In this document: one piece after another, positions 1-15,352 of the stretch
Numbering within the stretch: position 1 is the first letter of the stretch
Layout of the letters: the number at the start of each line of letters is the position of its first letter
Origin: Octopus vulgaris
Taxonomy: Eukaryota
DNA length: 64,000 nt
Assembly: GCA_951406725.2 (NCBI GenBank)
Contig: OX597815.1
Span: 143,096,001-143,160,000 of the forward strand
Direction: 5' to 3'
Position numbers and translations under genes: made by a program
Notes under the pieces: generated by a model
Seen by the model: only the letters and a program-made list of their open reading frames with translations
The model's database searches: none
Told to the model about the DNA's origin: nothing

Positions 1-599
1 TGACGAAAATGTAATTTCAAATCGCTTTTCATGAAAACATAAAGGCACCGGATGCCTTGTGCCTTCGGTAAGGTGAGAAAGAAATAATTACGTTATACCA
101 ATTCTAAATGGACAATTCAATGCTTGTCTTATAATGAACAGATCTAGCTGGCTATTTTACCGTTACTAATTCGTGCTGCCCTATCATATCATAATCAATA
201 AACATATTATATAAGGCTTGAGTTAATGCTAAAGTATAGACGCCGGTTCATAACCGAGTAAAGCCGATGGATATTAATAAAAATCTGCTATCACGGTAAA
301 TCTTAGGAAATAATTTCAGATGAGAGAAATGCATTTTTATTCATTAGTTCGAGTATCAAGGTCAGATGCTACTACCACAAGAAGACTGTTTGAGCGAGAA
401 TGTCGTGTGAGAAGTATGGCTGTGTAAGATTGTGAAAGGATAATAGCTATCGAAGTCTGTGTGAGTGAGGAAAATCGTTTGTGAAATGTTTAGTTTCAGT
501 CGCTGTCAATCACTATTTCTTAGATGTGAATTTCTGACAAATGTGTATAAATTAATGAGGAATAAGGTGGCAGGTCAGTTTAATGAAGTTTGTGTCCTA

Positions 600-900
600 T
601 TTAATAAGCTAATGTTGGCACTTTTAGAAAAGAAAAACGTGAACAGTGATAGAATTATGGAAGATGGAACAAGGCGGTAGGGTAGGGTTTAGAAAAGTGT
701 TTAGTATCTGAGGTAAACAGGACAATAAAGATGATGAATTGAAGAAAAGCTCAGTGGCAGGTGGGCCGAAGTGAAGGTAATGTGTGAAGTGAGAATTAAG
801 AAAAACGGAAACCAGAGACGGCAGAAGGGCTGGGGAGAGGATAATGAGAAACACGTGAAAGAGTAGTTGCAATTTGTTACAGACCATGTCTCTGCCAATC
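600..900 (-). mobile_element. possible very old CR1/L2-group LINE 3' fragment
   Basis: Pyrimidine-rich minus strand; broken translation (..SSIHHLYCPVYL..HNSITVHVF) loosely resembles LINE ORF2 C-termini ending WNxLPxHVF. Weak. Confidence 0.25.
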
Positions 901-1049
901 AACTAAATTCTCTTTTACATATGTGTGAACTGTAATCTAATTCGGGCCATGCTTGAGTGATTGGGTTCACAAATGAAGTTGAATGGAAGGACGTGAGACA
1001 AGAGGGAGGAATATTTACAGAAAATAACTTTACTGAAAATAAATCAGAT

Positions 1050-1180
1050 ACGTGCGCACACACACATACACATACGCGCGCGCACACACATACACATACG
1101 CGCGCACACACATACACATACGCGCGCACACACACACACACACACTCATAAACACACACGCACGCCCACACACACACACA
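1050..1180. repeat. compound (CA)n/(CG)n microsatellite
   Basis: Seen directly. Confidence 0.95.
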
Positions 1181-1370
1181 TTATTCTTAAACAAGAACAT
1201 CATTGACAGCAACTGCGAAGTTTCGGCCAGCTAAGTGATCGTCGGACTATGGCTTAGCTGTCTCGAACTTCAAAGTCACTGTTGATAATATTCTTGTTTT
1301 TAGAATAATAAATTTTGTCTCTAAAAGAGTATAGAGTAATCCTTCAAAATGTTTTGATTATAAATAAACT

Positions 1371-1410
<40 letters not shown>

Positions 1411-3314
1411 ACACACATATATAGGGAGAGAGAGAGTGAGTGAGCGAGAGAAAGAGTGACAGAGAGATATCATAGAAAGAGGAACCTGCTAGTAGATTGA
1501 CACAATTGTAACAACATAGATAATATAAACTACAACAAGTATTTAAAATAGAAGCCACAATATAATTCCAAAAAAAAAAATGTTATCTCATAGCAACAGC
1601 ACTAATGGCATTAAGAAGAAAATTAGAGACAAATAAAATAGTAATAACACGAATCACGATAAAACTTACAAACATGCTGACAATAACGGTAGTAATAACA
1701 AAGAAAACGGTAACGACTGTAAATGGTGTCAGGTCAAAAACAATAACAACTTCGCCAACCATATGTCACTACATATAGGAAAAAAGGCAACTGATCATAT
1801 AGTTTTTGGAAAACTGTGCCTTAATAGCACATCGGTTTGTAACAGTTTGCAGATCTGAGACGAAATATGCTGGAACAAAATGGTCGCCCTAACGCTAACA
1901 AGTTTTACTACAAACCACAAACCACGCCCTCTTCCATTAAACGCTTCTGTTCATGTTTCACTGCCATAGATTTTCTCTGATTATATCGAATCTTCAACGT
2001 TAGTTTTAGCATAAGACAAAGATATTTATTACATTTCTACATTTATGTTTAAAGCTTTCCAATTAGATACTCAACTTTTCCCTTCCCCTACACGCACATG
2101 CACACTTGGGATTGTTGTCTTATCATGTCATGAAACACTAGTGTCACAACTGCTGCCGCTGCAGCTGCAGAACTGTTGCTGATAATTTTGCATCTTGTTG
2201 TTTTACTGTTGTTGCTATTGATGCTGCTATGTTGTTTTCTGCTGCTACTATGCTGGTACTGCTTTCTTATTGTATTATAGCACCGCTGTTGCACAAAGCA
2301 CAGCTTCTCTATACCAAATTCCACTTACAAGTGTGTAGGAAATATGGAACCGCTGATAAAATGATAAATTATGAAACCACTGATAAAATAATAATGTTAT
2401 TACCACCATAAGTGTAGACGTCTTCAGGTCTAGTTGTGCTATAATTCAAAGTAGTTAAATAACACGTACTCTTTAATAGGTTGTGATATATATTTTTGGA
2501 ACAAAAATCCATACAAACGAAAATGATAGATTCCATTTACTAAATTTAGTAAAACGTGTTACAGAAACATGCATTATATATAATTATCTGTGTTTGTAAA
2601 GTGAACACAGCGGTGCATGTGCTGTAAAAATAGCTTTATAGAATGTCCTTGAATTAACGTTTCTCTCAGAGTATCATACAGGATGAGCCTGAATAAGGTT
2701 ACTTAAGTTAGAAGGAAGTGGAAAATAAGTATATCTGGAATGGAGAAAATAGCAAAAAAATAGAATACTGCAAATTGATTTCTCTTTTAGTTTAAATTTA
2801 AACGTGTCTTGTAGTTCAAGATAATTGAAATGCGAATGGACGGTTAGTTCAGCTATGTGGTGCCACCTCTATTAAGTTCTACTTGGAAAAAATAGCCACA
2901 GGCTAGTAGCGTCCATTCAAAGAGAAGCAAAAACCAAAAAAAAGAAAGAACTAAGACATGGATGTTTTAAAATTACTCTCAACATAACCAACATTGCCGC
3001 CTTCACAAATGAAACCATTCAAAAGGCTGAGCAACTAAAATGTCACTCGTTACATGAAAATCTGAACAAGAAATTAAGCAACTAAATGTATCCATAGTGC
3101 CGCACCCAGAACCATTTGGCTGTGCTATGAACATTTTAACAAACACAACCATAAGCGTCACTCAGATTTATGAGCATGATTGTGTGTATATATGTGTAGA
3201 GTATATAAAAGCATGTGGACCTACCTATGTCCCTCTATAGCCGCTATGTGAAAATGTTCTGATAAACAACTGTGCGATTGAGAGATACATACACACACAT
3301 ACAGATACATATAC

Positions 3315-3380
<66 letters not shown>
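3315..3380. repeat. (AGT)n microsatellite
   Basis: Seen directly. Confidence 0.97.
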
Positions 3381-4079
3381 TTTCATAAATAGTTTTTCGG
3401 AGACTAGCATGTGTGGGAACCGGTATGTCAAAGAATAGATCCACCTTTGCGTGTCGTAAAAGGTGGCTAAAATTAGTCGAGATAGGATTTATCCCCTAAC
3501 CTCTTAAAACCCTCATCAACAACGACAATCCAAACAGAACCATGGGTTGGAGGGTTGTTGCCTGAGTGGTGTAAAGATGTCATCTACCAGGAGGAGTAGG
3601 AAATCACTAGCAAACGGTGGATGCGGTGGCACGCTGTTGCAGCGCGTGCCTCCCATTTTACTAATACATCTGCTGATGTGGAGATAGAAGTGCAAGTAGA
3701 GTGGTTTAGGGTTTAAATTCTGCTATAACGATAAACTTATCAATCGTTGTATGTTACCACAGTTTCTAGTGAACTGAGCGGCTTGAGAGCAATATCGCTC
3801 TTACCCATCACTAAACCTGAATAGAACGCTAAGCTAGAAATTCCACCGGCCGCATTACTCGACTGTCACAGAGCTATGAGTGCCTGATGATGCCAAGCAC
3901 CGGGCCTCGGTTTACGCTTTATCCATGACTGCAGCTCCGGCAAAGAGATGAGATGCAGAAAATGGATCGGACAAACGGCGATCATACCTACTTACCAAAA
4001 AGAAAACGCTGAGGATGTCGCAGCTTCTGTGTATTATCAGTCATGACATGCCCGGTCCTCCACTCGGCAGCTGTTGATA

Positions 4080-5030
4080 ACAAATGGAGCGTCTGGTCAG
4101 TTTAACACATTCTTTCCACAGTCTGGTGAGACGTGAAATGGGGCAAAACACGAAGGTCAAGCAATGCGATCTGATGAAGGTAATTTAAGTATTCGCTACT
4201 ACTGCCCAAAATTTCAGGAATGGCTTTACTTCAGCCCATTTTTGGGTTAGATGAGCCACCCTATTCACCAGCTCTTCCCAAGCCTTCTCTGCTCAGGGGT
4301 TTGGTCCAAACCAGACCTCGAACAATTTAACCGGCTCATCAATCTAGTTCTTACAATTCTGTTGGACGCCAGGTACCCAGCTCACTAGGTACCGAACTGT
4401 AGGCTCGCTGATTTTCCTTGGTTAATTGTTTGCTCCTGTCACTGCATCTTAGTCCTTTAGAGCAGTGCCGATCACCTCAATGTGCCTGGTGCCCGACACT
4501 ACGATGGTTATGATGTCTGCATATACCACACACTTCTTCCAGATCCTAAACAGTGCTGGGTGCCCTTCAACGACTGCACTTTTTGCAACAGTAACTGAAG
4601 AACCCATGCATGCAGAAGAGATGAGAGTAGAAGGTCTTGGCGAATGATTCGGAGAGGTCATCAATCGAATGGCTCCGAAAGGTCATCAATCATCCTAATC
4701 ACCGAACGGATGTCGTTGTATGGTGCGGCAATCTAATTATGTTAGACGGAACTGAAACCGGTCGTCATGACAACGCCCGCCAAGTATTGGTAATCGACCT
4801 TATCGAAAACTTTTGATCGAACAAAATGGATCGGAGCACCGGCCATATCGGGTATTCTACTTAATCTCTCTGATGCATCGCCTGAGGTGGCGGTTTTCAT
4901 CGATTGATCTGTTAGGGAGAGCGCATGGTTTACGCATTGCTAGTTAGCCCACTCCACGACAAGTGCTAATATCATTGCTAACGTCTTGGCCAAAGTTTTG
5001 AATTCTGTGTTTAACAATGTTATGGGCCAA
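4080..5030 (-). pseudogene. degenerate L1/Tx1-like LINE reverse transcriptase
   Basis: Minus-strand motifs in RT order: WPITLLNTEFKTLAK (~5030-4985), DQK-FDKVDYQYL (~4820-4780), YADIITIVVS (~4525-4495); many frameshifts. Confidence 0.75.
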
Positions 5031-5434
5031 CTCAGAGAACTGGAAATTTTTTCTGCTATGCTCTGAGTTACGTTAGATATCTGCCAAGTGATCTCCAAAC
5101 AAGCCTGGCATATAAAAGTAAACTTTGTAGGGCAGAGAAGCCAAACCAAGCTATTTGCCAATGCAACTTCACTCTACCCACCGACCAGGCAGTCAATCAT
5201 CGCTTCTCCTATTCCTGCAGCTATTCTTATCGCAACACTCCACGTCTCTTATCGATATCTGTGCAGGCCGGCAAGGTAGGCACTGAAATGTACCCTGCGT
5301 TCCGGCTTGCGTTTTCTCCCGAAGAATCGACCTAAGAACTATTGAAAGGCCATGCGCATCTACTTGCAATCGAGTGTCATGCATCAGTTATGGTCCACCA
5401 CTGAATTAAGGTTCTGTTGCTGGAGCTGAGAATT

Positions 5435-5730
5435 TTGCCGCACTCTCTATATCCACCTTCAGATTTCCACCTGTTTTGGTCTCTTCAAAATTCATTGAAT
5501 GGACAAAACTTCAATTTTGAAAGGGATTTTAAAATTTAGTTGGAAGAGTTTTTCGCCATTAAGGAAAGGAAATTCTTTGAGTAGGAAATAATGTTTTTGC
5601 CTGAAAGATGGAAAAAATTACTGGAACGATATGGTAATTATATCATTCATTGAATAAATTGATTTGCGTTTATAACCTATGTCTTATTTTCGCTTTAAAA
5701 ACCGTACGGACTTTGTGATCAACTCAAACA
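5435..5730 (+). mobile_element. mariner transposase 3' end with degenerate TIR
   Basis: Translates PSDFHLFWSLQNSLNGQNF..EEFFA..FLPERWKKLLERYGNYIIH*; TIR-like aaaaccgtacggactttgtgatcaactc at ~5697-5726. Confidence 0.75.
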
Positions 5731-5879
5731 AAAGAATTATTAGACAAATGAATTAAGAATGGCATTCTTCGCATGGCGAAAAAGAAAACGTATTCTGGAG
5801 TTTTTAATTATGAAACAAATAAATCCATGAAAAATTCGTAATTGATTTAATGTTATTGATTGTTATGCAGAATAAAGCG

Positions 5880-6040
5880 ACCAGCTAGCAGAACACTAAT
5901 TTCAAGTTTCACCGGGGTTGACTTTACCTTTCACCTTATAAGAGTTCATAAATAAGTTTTAACTGAACACTGGGATCGGTTTAATCGGCTAACCCTCTCC
6001 AACGAATTTAAGGCCTTGTACCTATAGTAGAAAGGATTAA
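5880..6040 (+). mobile_element. degenerate tRNA-derived SINE (central-domain family of 6670-7085)
   Basis: gttgactttacctttcacc..ataaataag..ctgggatcggtttaatcggcta..ccttgtacctatagtagaaagg matches copies at 30690 and 49755. Confidence 0.6.
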
Positions 6041-6669
6041 TTATCATGCAAGAGAAACGTAGGGGCAAACCTGTAATTGGGATTTAAACGTCTATGGTTT
6101 TGTATCGCCTAGCTTTAAACGGGAAAAGTTTTATAATACAAATTTAGATGATGGTACTTTCCTCAGTTAAATATTACGTGATAAACCATTAATTTCTAAA
6201 AACCTTCAAAATGTAAATACGAATTGCAACATGTTCCTCGTTTAATTATTTGCTTTTATCAATCATTAACGTGAGGAAATTATCCATAGTTTAATTCTAT
6301 TATGATAATTTGTTTATTTTCTCAGTAAATTATTTGTTAATTAATTTTCATTTCAATTATTAAAAGTCCTTCATGAATGAAGTTTTCACAAGATACATAT
6401 CTTCAAATTAATTGGCTTATTATCTACAGAAAATTATATTTTCTCGGTATAATAATACACACTCGTTTATCTAGAGAGCTGATTGTAGTAGTAGTAGTAG
6501 TAGTAGTAGCGGCGGTGGTGATGGTGCTGCTGCTGCTGCTACTGCAACTATTAGTGCCACCACCATTAAAAGCTATCCTCTCTCCCTTACAACTTACTAT
6601 CTGTCCTCTCATTACATAAACAGTTCAATTTAGCCCAGGAAAAGACTGCCTTTTTTTTTATTTTATATA

Positions 6670-7085
6670 TTTCTTTATTGCCCACAAGGAGTTAAACATA
6701 GAGGGGACAAACAAGAAGAGACAAAGGGATTAAGTCCGATTATATCGACTCCAGTGCATAACTGGTACTTAATTTATCGACCCCGAAAGGATGAAATGCA
6801 AAGTCGACCTCGGCGGAATTTTACCTCAGAACGTAACGGTAGACGAAATGCCTATTTCTTTACTACCCACAAGGGGCTAAACACAGAGAGGACGAACAAG
6901 GACAGACAAACGAATTAAGTCGATTATATCGACCCCAGTGCGTAACTGGTACTTATTTAATTGACCCCGAAAGGATAAAAGGCAAAGTCGACCGCGGTGG
7001 AATTTGAACTCAGAACGTAACGGCAGACGAAATACCGCTACACATTTCGCCCAGCGTGCTAACGTTTCTGCCAGCTCACCGCCTT
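6670..7085 (-). mobile_element. dimeric tRNA-derived SINE (full unit 6853-7085 plus 5'-truncated unit 6670-6852)
   Basis: Minus head ggcggtgagctggcagaaacgttagc..gagttcaaattcc (A/B boxes); body gtcgactttgcctttcatcctttcggggtcgataaattaagtaccag (recalls conserved Meta/Nin-type SINE domains, from memory); tail ending gcaataaagaaat, repeated twice. Confidence 0.85.
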
Positions 7086-7429
7086 TCCTCATTATATAGT
7101 CACAACACTTGAATCAAAAATTCAAACGTCCATTTTTTTTTTTTTTCATTAATTCCCCAACCCATTACTCATCACGTTACGACCAACCACCTATTCTATC
7201 TCATATAAAAACCTATACTGTACCATTTCTGGTATTCGGAGGAATTTTATAGAAAAGGAAACTGCATTAAGTTTACTAAAAGTCATGGATTTCTTTTCTT
7301 AATAGATACAACTACACTTCTTTACGCATTCGGTAATTACATTACTGTATAGACTCGTTTTATAAACAGGAACAGAGGCATGTGTCTGTAGTCCCTCGTA
7401 CATCCACTAATCGGCTCATTTTCGATTAT

Positions 7430-7851
7430 ATTTATTCCACATTCCTATATTAACTGTTTGTATTGCATTCTTGTCTGTTTGTACATTTTTTTTGTCTCGT
7501 TTCTTGCTTTTTAACTCGTCAATTCCCGGCACTGATTGCCGTCGGCGCGACCAGTATGGGATTCAGTATTATCGGTTAGGCGCGAAATCGTGATTGACCC
7601 GCTGGGCGATAACTGATGAGGAGTTGGCGACCAGCGATGTCTTTTACCTTGTTTATATATATCTGTATACTTAAAGGGCTAAAAAACCACTAGGGGGTCA
7701 GCCGTATGCTAGAAGTAGATCACCTATACACATGTATTAAAATTTTCTCTGATTTTTCAGATTTTTGTATGCTAGGCTACTGGTTTTAAATTGATATCAA
7801 TTAAATTAATATTCAATTTATCTCCCTCATTATTTAAATGTTTTAATTGTT

Positions 7852-7855
<4 letters not shown>
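7430..7855 (+). mobile_element. Penelope-like terminal-repeat relic with deleted hammerhead
   Basis: ctgatgag at 7613-7620 bracketed by complementary cgctgggcgataa / ttggcgaccagcg; ends in (TA)n. Confidence 0.4.
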
Positions 7856-7903
<48 letters not shown>

Positions 7904-7916
7904 TAGATAGATAGAG

Positions 7917-7953
<37 letters not shown>

Positions 7954-8018
7954 TTGTATACGTTCACATTTATGTGTGTGTGTGTCTGTGCGTGTGTGTC
8001 TGCGTGTGTGTCTATGTG

Positions 8019-8052
<34 letters not shown>

Positions 8053-8065
8053 TGTATGTATATGT
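7855..8065. repeat. (TA)n(GATA)n(TG)n(TATG)n compound microsatellite
   Basis: Seen directly. Confidence 0.95.
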
Positions 8066-8483
8066 ATCTGTTTTTGCCTCCTTCTTTCTCACTTAATGTA
8101 GAAACCTACATAGGAATGGTCATTCTTGGATAAGTAGATAAACAGATTACACATGAGAAGAGATGTAGAAAAGCTTCCAGTAGGCTTAACATTTTTCCGT
8201 TCAGTGCTATCCATAATTTTCCAAAGATTCAAAAATAGTATTACCTTTGAATCATTGTCTCAAGAAATACAGAGAGAAGATCCTCTACATGTATATACCT
8301 TGTGACTTCTACCTGTAATGAAACACATATAACATTGAATATATCTATATGTATGTGTATGTGTGTGGTTTTGAGTGTGTGTGTGTGTGCGTGTGGTTGT
8401 AAGTGTATGTGTATTAAAACAAAGGTAGCAAATATTTATATATTTCTAATTCAGCGTTACATGTATGTGTGTGGGTGTGTTTG

Positions 8484-8553
<70 letters not shown>

Positions 8554-8582
8554 CAAACACACACACACACATACATATATAT

Positions 8583-8613
<31 letters not shown>

Positions 8614-8715
8614 ATTAATCAATATAGGGTGCCAAAAAAAATTTTGTAGAATTTTTTTGCCACCAGCGGCCTAGTGGGAAAAAATTAAATAGTCTTAGAC
8701 CATTTATAAGTTCAA

Positions 8716-8804
8716 CATCACAATCAAGGAACGGCCATAATAGGCCATTCACCCACTAGAAAAGTGGGTGAATGGCCTATTATGGCCGTTCCTTGATTGT
8801 GATG
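8716..8804. repeat. perfect 42-bp-arm hairpin, 5-nt loop
   Basis: catcacaatcaaggaacggccataataggccattcacccact-agaaa-exact reverse complement. Confidence 0.97.
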
Positions 8805-8813
8805 ATATATATA

Positions 8814-9186
8814 TCTCTCTCTATATATAAACGGCAGTTTGTCTGTGTGTGTTTCTGTGTGTCTGTTAGCTTGTACCCTCACCCTGACCACGGCTTTCAA
8901 CCGATTCTGATGAAACTTGACACACACATAGCCCAACGTCATAATTCAAAACTAACGCAGCGAAAATTTTGAAAAGTTCCCCCAGTTCTGAAAAAAATCG
9001 ATAAATTCGACATGGGGTCGAGAATCAGAAACACAAACCACAGACTGTCTAGGGGACGCAACTCAACCTTTTTAACTAAAAAAAAAATTTACTATCATTT
9101 TTTTTCCATTTTTTGGCTATAACTCTTTAAAAATGCTTTATAGTTATTTCCCTTACAAACCCGAGCAACGCCGGGCCACACTGCTA

Positions 9187-9187
<1 letters not shown>
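8814..9187 (+). mobile_element. non-autonomous Helitron
   Basis: 5' TC(tctc)tatatataaa start, 3' hairpin cccgagcaacgccggg (9160-9175) then CTAG (9184-9187), inserted between A and T with no TSD. Confidence 0.85.
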
Positions 9188-9224
<37 letters not shown>

Positions 9225-9225
9225 G

Positions 9226-9673
<448 letters not shown>

Positions 9674-9675
9674 TG

Positions 9676-10172
9676 CATGACAGGCCTCGACTATTGGGGT
9701 CGACTAGAAAAGCTAAAACTTTATTCTCTCCAACGTCGTCGTGGGCGCTACATCATCTGCATGATGTGGAAAATATTCCATCAGCATTGCCCAAATGATG
9801 TTGGCATCACCTTTAAGGTACATCCAAGGCTTGGGCCCCGTGCCATCCGCCCAAAACAAAAATCGCACTCTCATCTCATAACAACAATACGGCACAATTA
9901 TTTCACCTCAATTGGCCCCGCTCTCTTTAACATTACACCAAAACACATTAAAACAGAAACTGACCCTATAGGGTTCAAGAAGTCTCTGGACAGATTCCTT
10001 CAAGAAATCCCGGATAAACCCCCTACACCCGGATATGTCTCTGTAAACAATAACTCTCTACTTGAGTGGGCCATAGTGCCCAAATTCTGACTTGAAAGAC
10101 TTCACCAGGTGGTGCTAGTAAGTTAGACATGGCCTGGGCCAAGAATGGCCGAAACCTATCAAAGTATCAAAG
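9676..10172 (+). mobile_element. 5'-truncated CR1-group LINE 3' end (ORF remnant 9677-10090)
   Basis: LDYWGRLEKLKLYSLQRRRGRY..ALFNITP..FKKSLDRFL..IPDKP is the typical CR1-group ORF2 C-terminus; short 3'UTR with tandem tatcaaag tail; flanked by (GATA)n and (TA)n. Confidence 0.85.
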
Positions 10173-10181
10173 TATATATAC

Positions 10182-10286
<105 letters not shown>

Positions 10287-11554
10287 CATATACATATATA
10301 TATAGTTAGGCAGGTAGTTAGGGTAAATCCCACCTGTTTCCTCTTGAAGTACATCTGCTTATTCTATTATTATTATTACAATCCAATGTGTAGTTTCAGT
10401 TGCTGCTGGATGTTAATCAAAATACATATCAAAATTGAGAATTATGGAAATATTATTTGCAGTTAAATACCCCCCAAAAAAATTTCAATTTCCTATTTTA
10501 TATACATACATACATACGTACGTACGTACGTACGTACATATGTATGTGTAGTGAAAGAGATGGGGAGACGAGTAGGAAAAAAGAGGTGAGAAACTGAAAG
10601 ATATTCATGCGCCGCTCGTTATTTATTTTTTTAACAATTGCTCCTCTGTTGTTCGACTCCGTTGCTAAACAGTTTATTTCCCAGTAGATCACTAAATCAT
10701 GTAAAAGACGTTTTGCCAACTCAGTCTGCAGAAGGCAAAATGAAAAGAAAGATTAATGGAAGGTTTTAGAAAAATTCATTCGCTTCGTTCACACATGATG
10801 TAAATTCGCCATGGTTTTCCCTGCCGAACAAAGGTATAAGAGAATACAAGAGCTGATACAAAAGGGACAGGAAAAAAAAAACATTAAATGTATTTCTATA
10901 ACTTCGTCTCACTTTGAATATTTCCCGCAACAGTGTTACCAATAATGAAGTAATTACACGCTTTTTCACTTCGGTTCATAAAATTATAGGAGAAAATATA
11001 ATAAACTAAAATACGATAACGTGAATATAAAACACAGTAATAATAACAGATAGCAATATATGGATTTTGTAAGAATGCGCATGCTCTGTGGAGCTAAATA
11101 GCTGCAGCTGTTATATGAAATGGGAAACAAAACAGCATGCATTAATTTCCATGTTGTGGTTAGTTTAGGAAAACATGTCATCTTTATCTGGGAATGATTG
11201 AGTTTAGAACTTTCGAATGAGAAAGCGTGTAAAGATGGCGTGTTTGGATGAATATACACGATTTTACGCCGATTCATTTGCACTAATCCATCGTGCAGTG
11301 ATGGAAATATGCATCTCTTCTAATTGTTCTAATATATGTGTGTATGTGTGTGTGCATTTGCGCGCGCGTGTGTGTGCTTTCCTGTGTGTAATAGAGTGTT
11401 TATAGCCTATACTCTCCATGCCATCTATTGAGTACACTTACCTACGTTTCTTAAACAAGATACAAACACACACTGTTACATGCATACCTATTTATAAACA
11501 GAGATATGCATACAAGCATATCTTTCTCTTTCTCTCTCACTCTTTATATATATA

Positions 11555-12906
<1,352 letters not shown>

Positions 12907-12976
12907 TAGAGACATATATTCTCTGTATAGAATGCTCTTCGTAGTGCTCAAGGATTTGAACTTGACCATGTAGAGA

Positions 12977-13316
12977 AAGTTAGGCAAGTCGATATACAAT
13001 AAACATTAAATTAATTTAATACAAAAAATGTAAAGATTCCATCTTTAAACACTATTCTGTCAACACCTCAAGTGTAAAATTCTTCCATGAAGATGGAGGC
13101 TGGTGTTACCCGATGAAGGAATCAAGTTACGATCATTATTTTGGACCACCAAGCCCCCAGAAACAGCTGTTGGACTCACAAATCTCTTATTCAACCCCTT
13201 TAATTCCTGATACCATTTCTATTCTGTGTAACTCGGACATTTTTATATGTATACATATGTACATTTTTTTGTGTTCAATGTATTTAATATTTTTTGTATA
13301 CCGACTTACCTAACTT
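12977..13316 (+). mobile_element. Penelope-like relic: diverged inverted arms around a degenerate hammerhead
   Basis: Arms 12977-13032 and 13260-13316 are reverse-complement similar; ccgatgaagg (13110) .. gaaacagctgtt (13160-13171). Confidence 0.55.
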
Positions 13317-14019
13317 ACTTGTCCTTTCATTTACTGTTATATATATATATATATATATATATCAGAAATACTAAATTTCTAAATCTCTCGTAGAGACATG
13401 TACGGTGGCGGGGCGATAGAATGGTTGTATACTGTGAATCTAACACGAACGTGACAGTAGGGGGTACACCACCGCTGTTTAGCCCTTGGAAGCATCGACG
13501 CCTCCTGATGGCTTTGACACATTTTCCACATTACATTTACGAAGGGGAGACAAATACCCCCAGCGGCCTTATGAAAGAGTACGAAATTTCATCAGCACCG
13601 GTAGATTCTCTGATGTGTCGCGTGATCTCTGCGTAATTTGCGTTTCCTCAGCATCAGACATCCTACCAACGAATACCTTATGGAAATTTCGTCAAACCGA
13701 TATAGCTTAACACTGAGTAAACAAACACAGCCCGCTAGTTTTCTGCGATATCACTGACTGTTTAGTCAGTGTTAACCTACGAGCGTGGGTTGAAAACCTA
13801 CATACATACATACATAATATATATATCATGTATGTATGGTGTTTATAACACGTAAAAATTGAAAATTAGTGTTGCAACGTATAATTATATCTACTATCAT
13901 TCGGGGGTATAGTGCGTAGTGTTGCTTTAAGGCTTCTGATAGTTCATTCAATAAGGTGTTATAACGTTCAGTAACGAAAAATATTCTTTTAACCAAAATA
14001 AGGTCATGACGTCACGACC

Positions 14020-14235
14020 TTATGTTGTTCCGATCCATGGCTCACTTCCTGCGCTCGTGACGCTTCATCAACCAAGAGGAGGTGGAAGCTAAAGTGAAAG
14101 AGTTCTTCACACCGAAGAACAAGAACTGGTGTCACCGTGAGGTCAAAGAACGGGCAGAAAATTGGCTTCAGACGGTACAGCACGATGGCTTCTACTTTGA
14201 ATGCGAGGTTGCTTTTATTGTAACTTGTTGTCAGA
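14020..14235 (+). mobile_element. mariner transposase 3' fragment
   Basis: LFRSMAHFL..FINQEEVEAKVKEFF..ENWLQTVQHDGFYFE; same family at 62040-62240. Confidence 0.75.
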
Positions 14236-14392
14236 TAAATCACATAAGCTAGGACAGTGTCTATAGCACTCTAGTGTTAAGAAAATATGCAAATGGGGAA
14301 ACATTCTCTACCCACAAAACCATACAACTGTAATCCTAAAAATATCCAGCTGTAAATAAATGTAGCTGTGTAACACATTGGATTTTTACCCA

Positions 14393-14765
14393 AGCGTTGG
14401 TGTGGATGTGTGGTAAGAAGCTTGCTTCCCAATCACATGGTTCCGGGTTCAGTTCCACGGCGTAGCACCTTCAGCAAATGTCTCCTTGGGCCGACCAAAG
14501 ACTTGTGAGTGAATTTGATAGACGAAGACTGAAAGAAGCCCGTCGTATATATGTGTGTGTTTATGTGTGTGTGAGAGTTTGGCGCTTGGCTATCGCTTGA
14601 CAACCGATGCTGGTGTGTTTATGTCCCCGTAACTTAGCGGTTCGACAAAACATACAGAATAGGTAGAAGGCTTACAAAGAATAAGTCCTGGGGTCGATAA
14701 GGTGGTGCTCCAGCATGGCCGCAGTCAAATAACTGAAACAAGAGAAAGAATAAAAGAATAAAAGT
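14393..14765 (+). mobile_element. abundant tRNA-derived SINE with internal (TA)/(TG) tract
   Basis: Head gtggatgtgtggtaagaagc..gggttcagttcc; tail ggtgctccagcatggccgcagtcaaa..aaagaata; about ten further full or partial copies in the window. Confidence 0.9.
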
Positions 14766-15352
14766 ATATAATCAACAGAGTTGAAATAGAAGTGTCAACT
14801 AGGATTACAAGAAATGAGAGAGATTGCAGCTAAGTCCCCCGCAAAACACATGATGTTATCTTTTGTATGTATATACGTTTGTATGAAGCAACGAGGCAGA
14901 CATTTGAAATGTCATTAGATTTGGTTGAAATAGCAGCCAAATTTCAAATCGCATCCATATGTGAATATACATGTATGAACCAACGGGTGAGGCCGTACAT
15001 GACTGCTCGTTGTGCTAAAAAAGTTGTTAAATTTCCTTTGCAACAAACATTACCGTCTTCTAAAAACTGAGCGCATTAGATAATACAGTTCCTGAAACCT
15101 TAATGATGCTTGACACACAAGACCGAAGCGCCTTTAATCATAAATTTGTTAGATCAAAATCAAACTGGGATTAAGCAACAGTAACTGAATTTTTAAGGAT
15201 TCCATAATTAGTCTGAGTAAACCCCGAGAGATTATTTTCTGATCGCATACCGGTGGGAAGCTGGTTCACGAGTAGGTGTTTTGAAATTATCTACTTATAA
15301 AATCTAAGTATAAAGTGCAGCGTAATAAAATCTGTAATAAATTACAAGAATT

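Noticed and set aside
2677-3170. Possible Tc1/maT 5' fragment starting tacaggatg
   Set aside because: No matching second TIR and no convincing transposase motif.
3880-3915. ctgatga hammerhead-like seed (also at ~8907)
   Set aside because: No stem II followed by GAAA and NUH in correct geometry.
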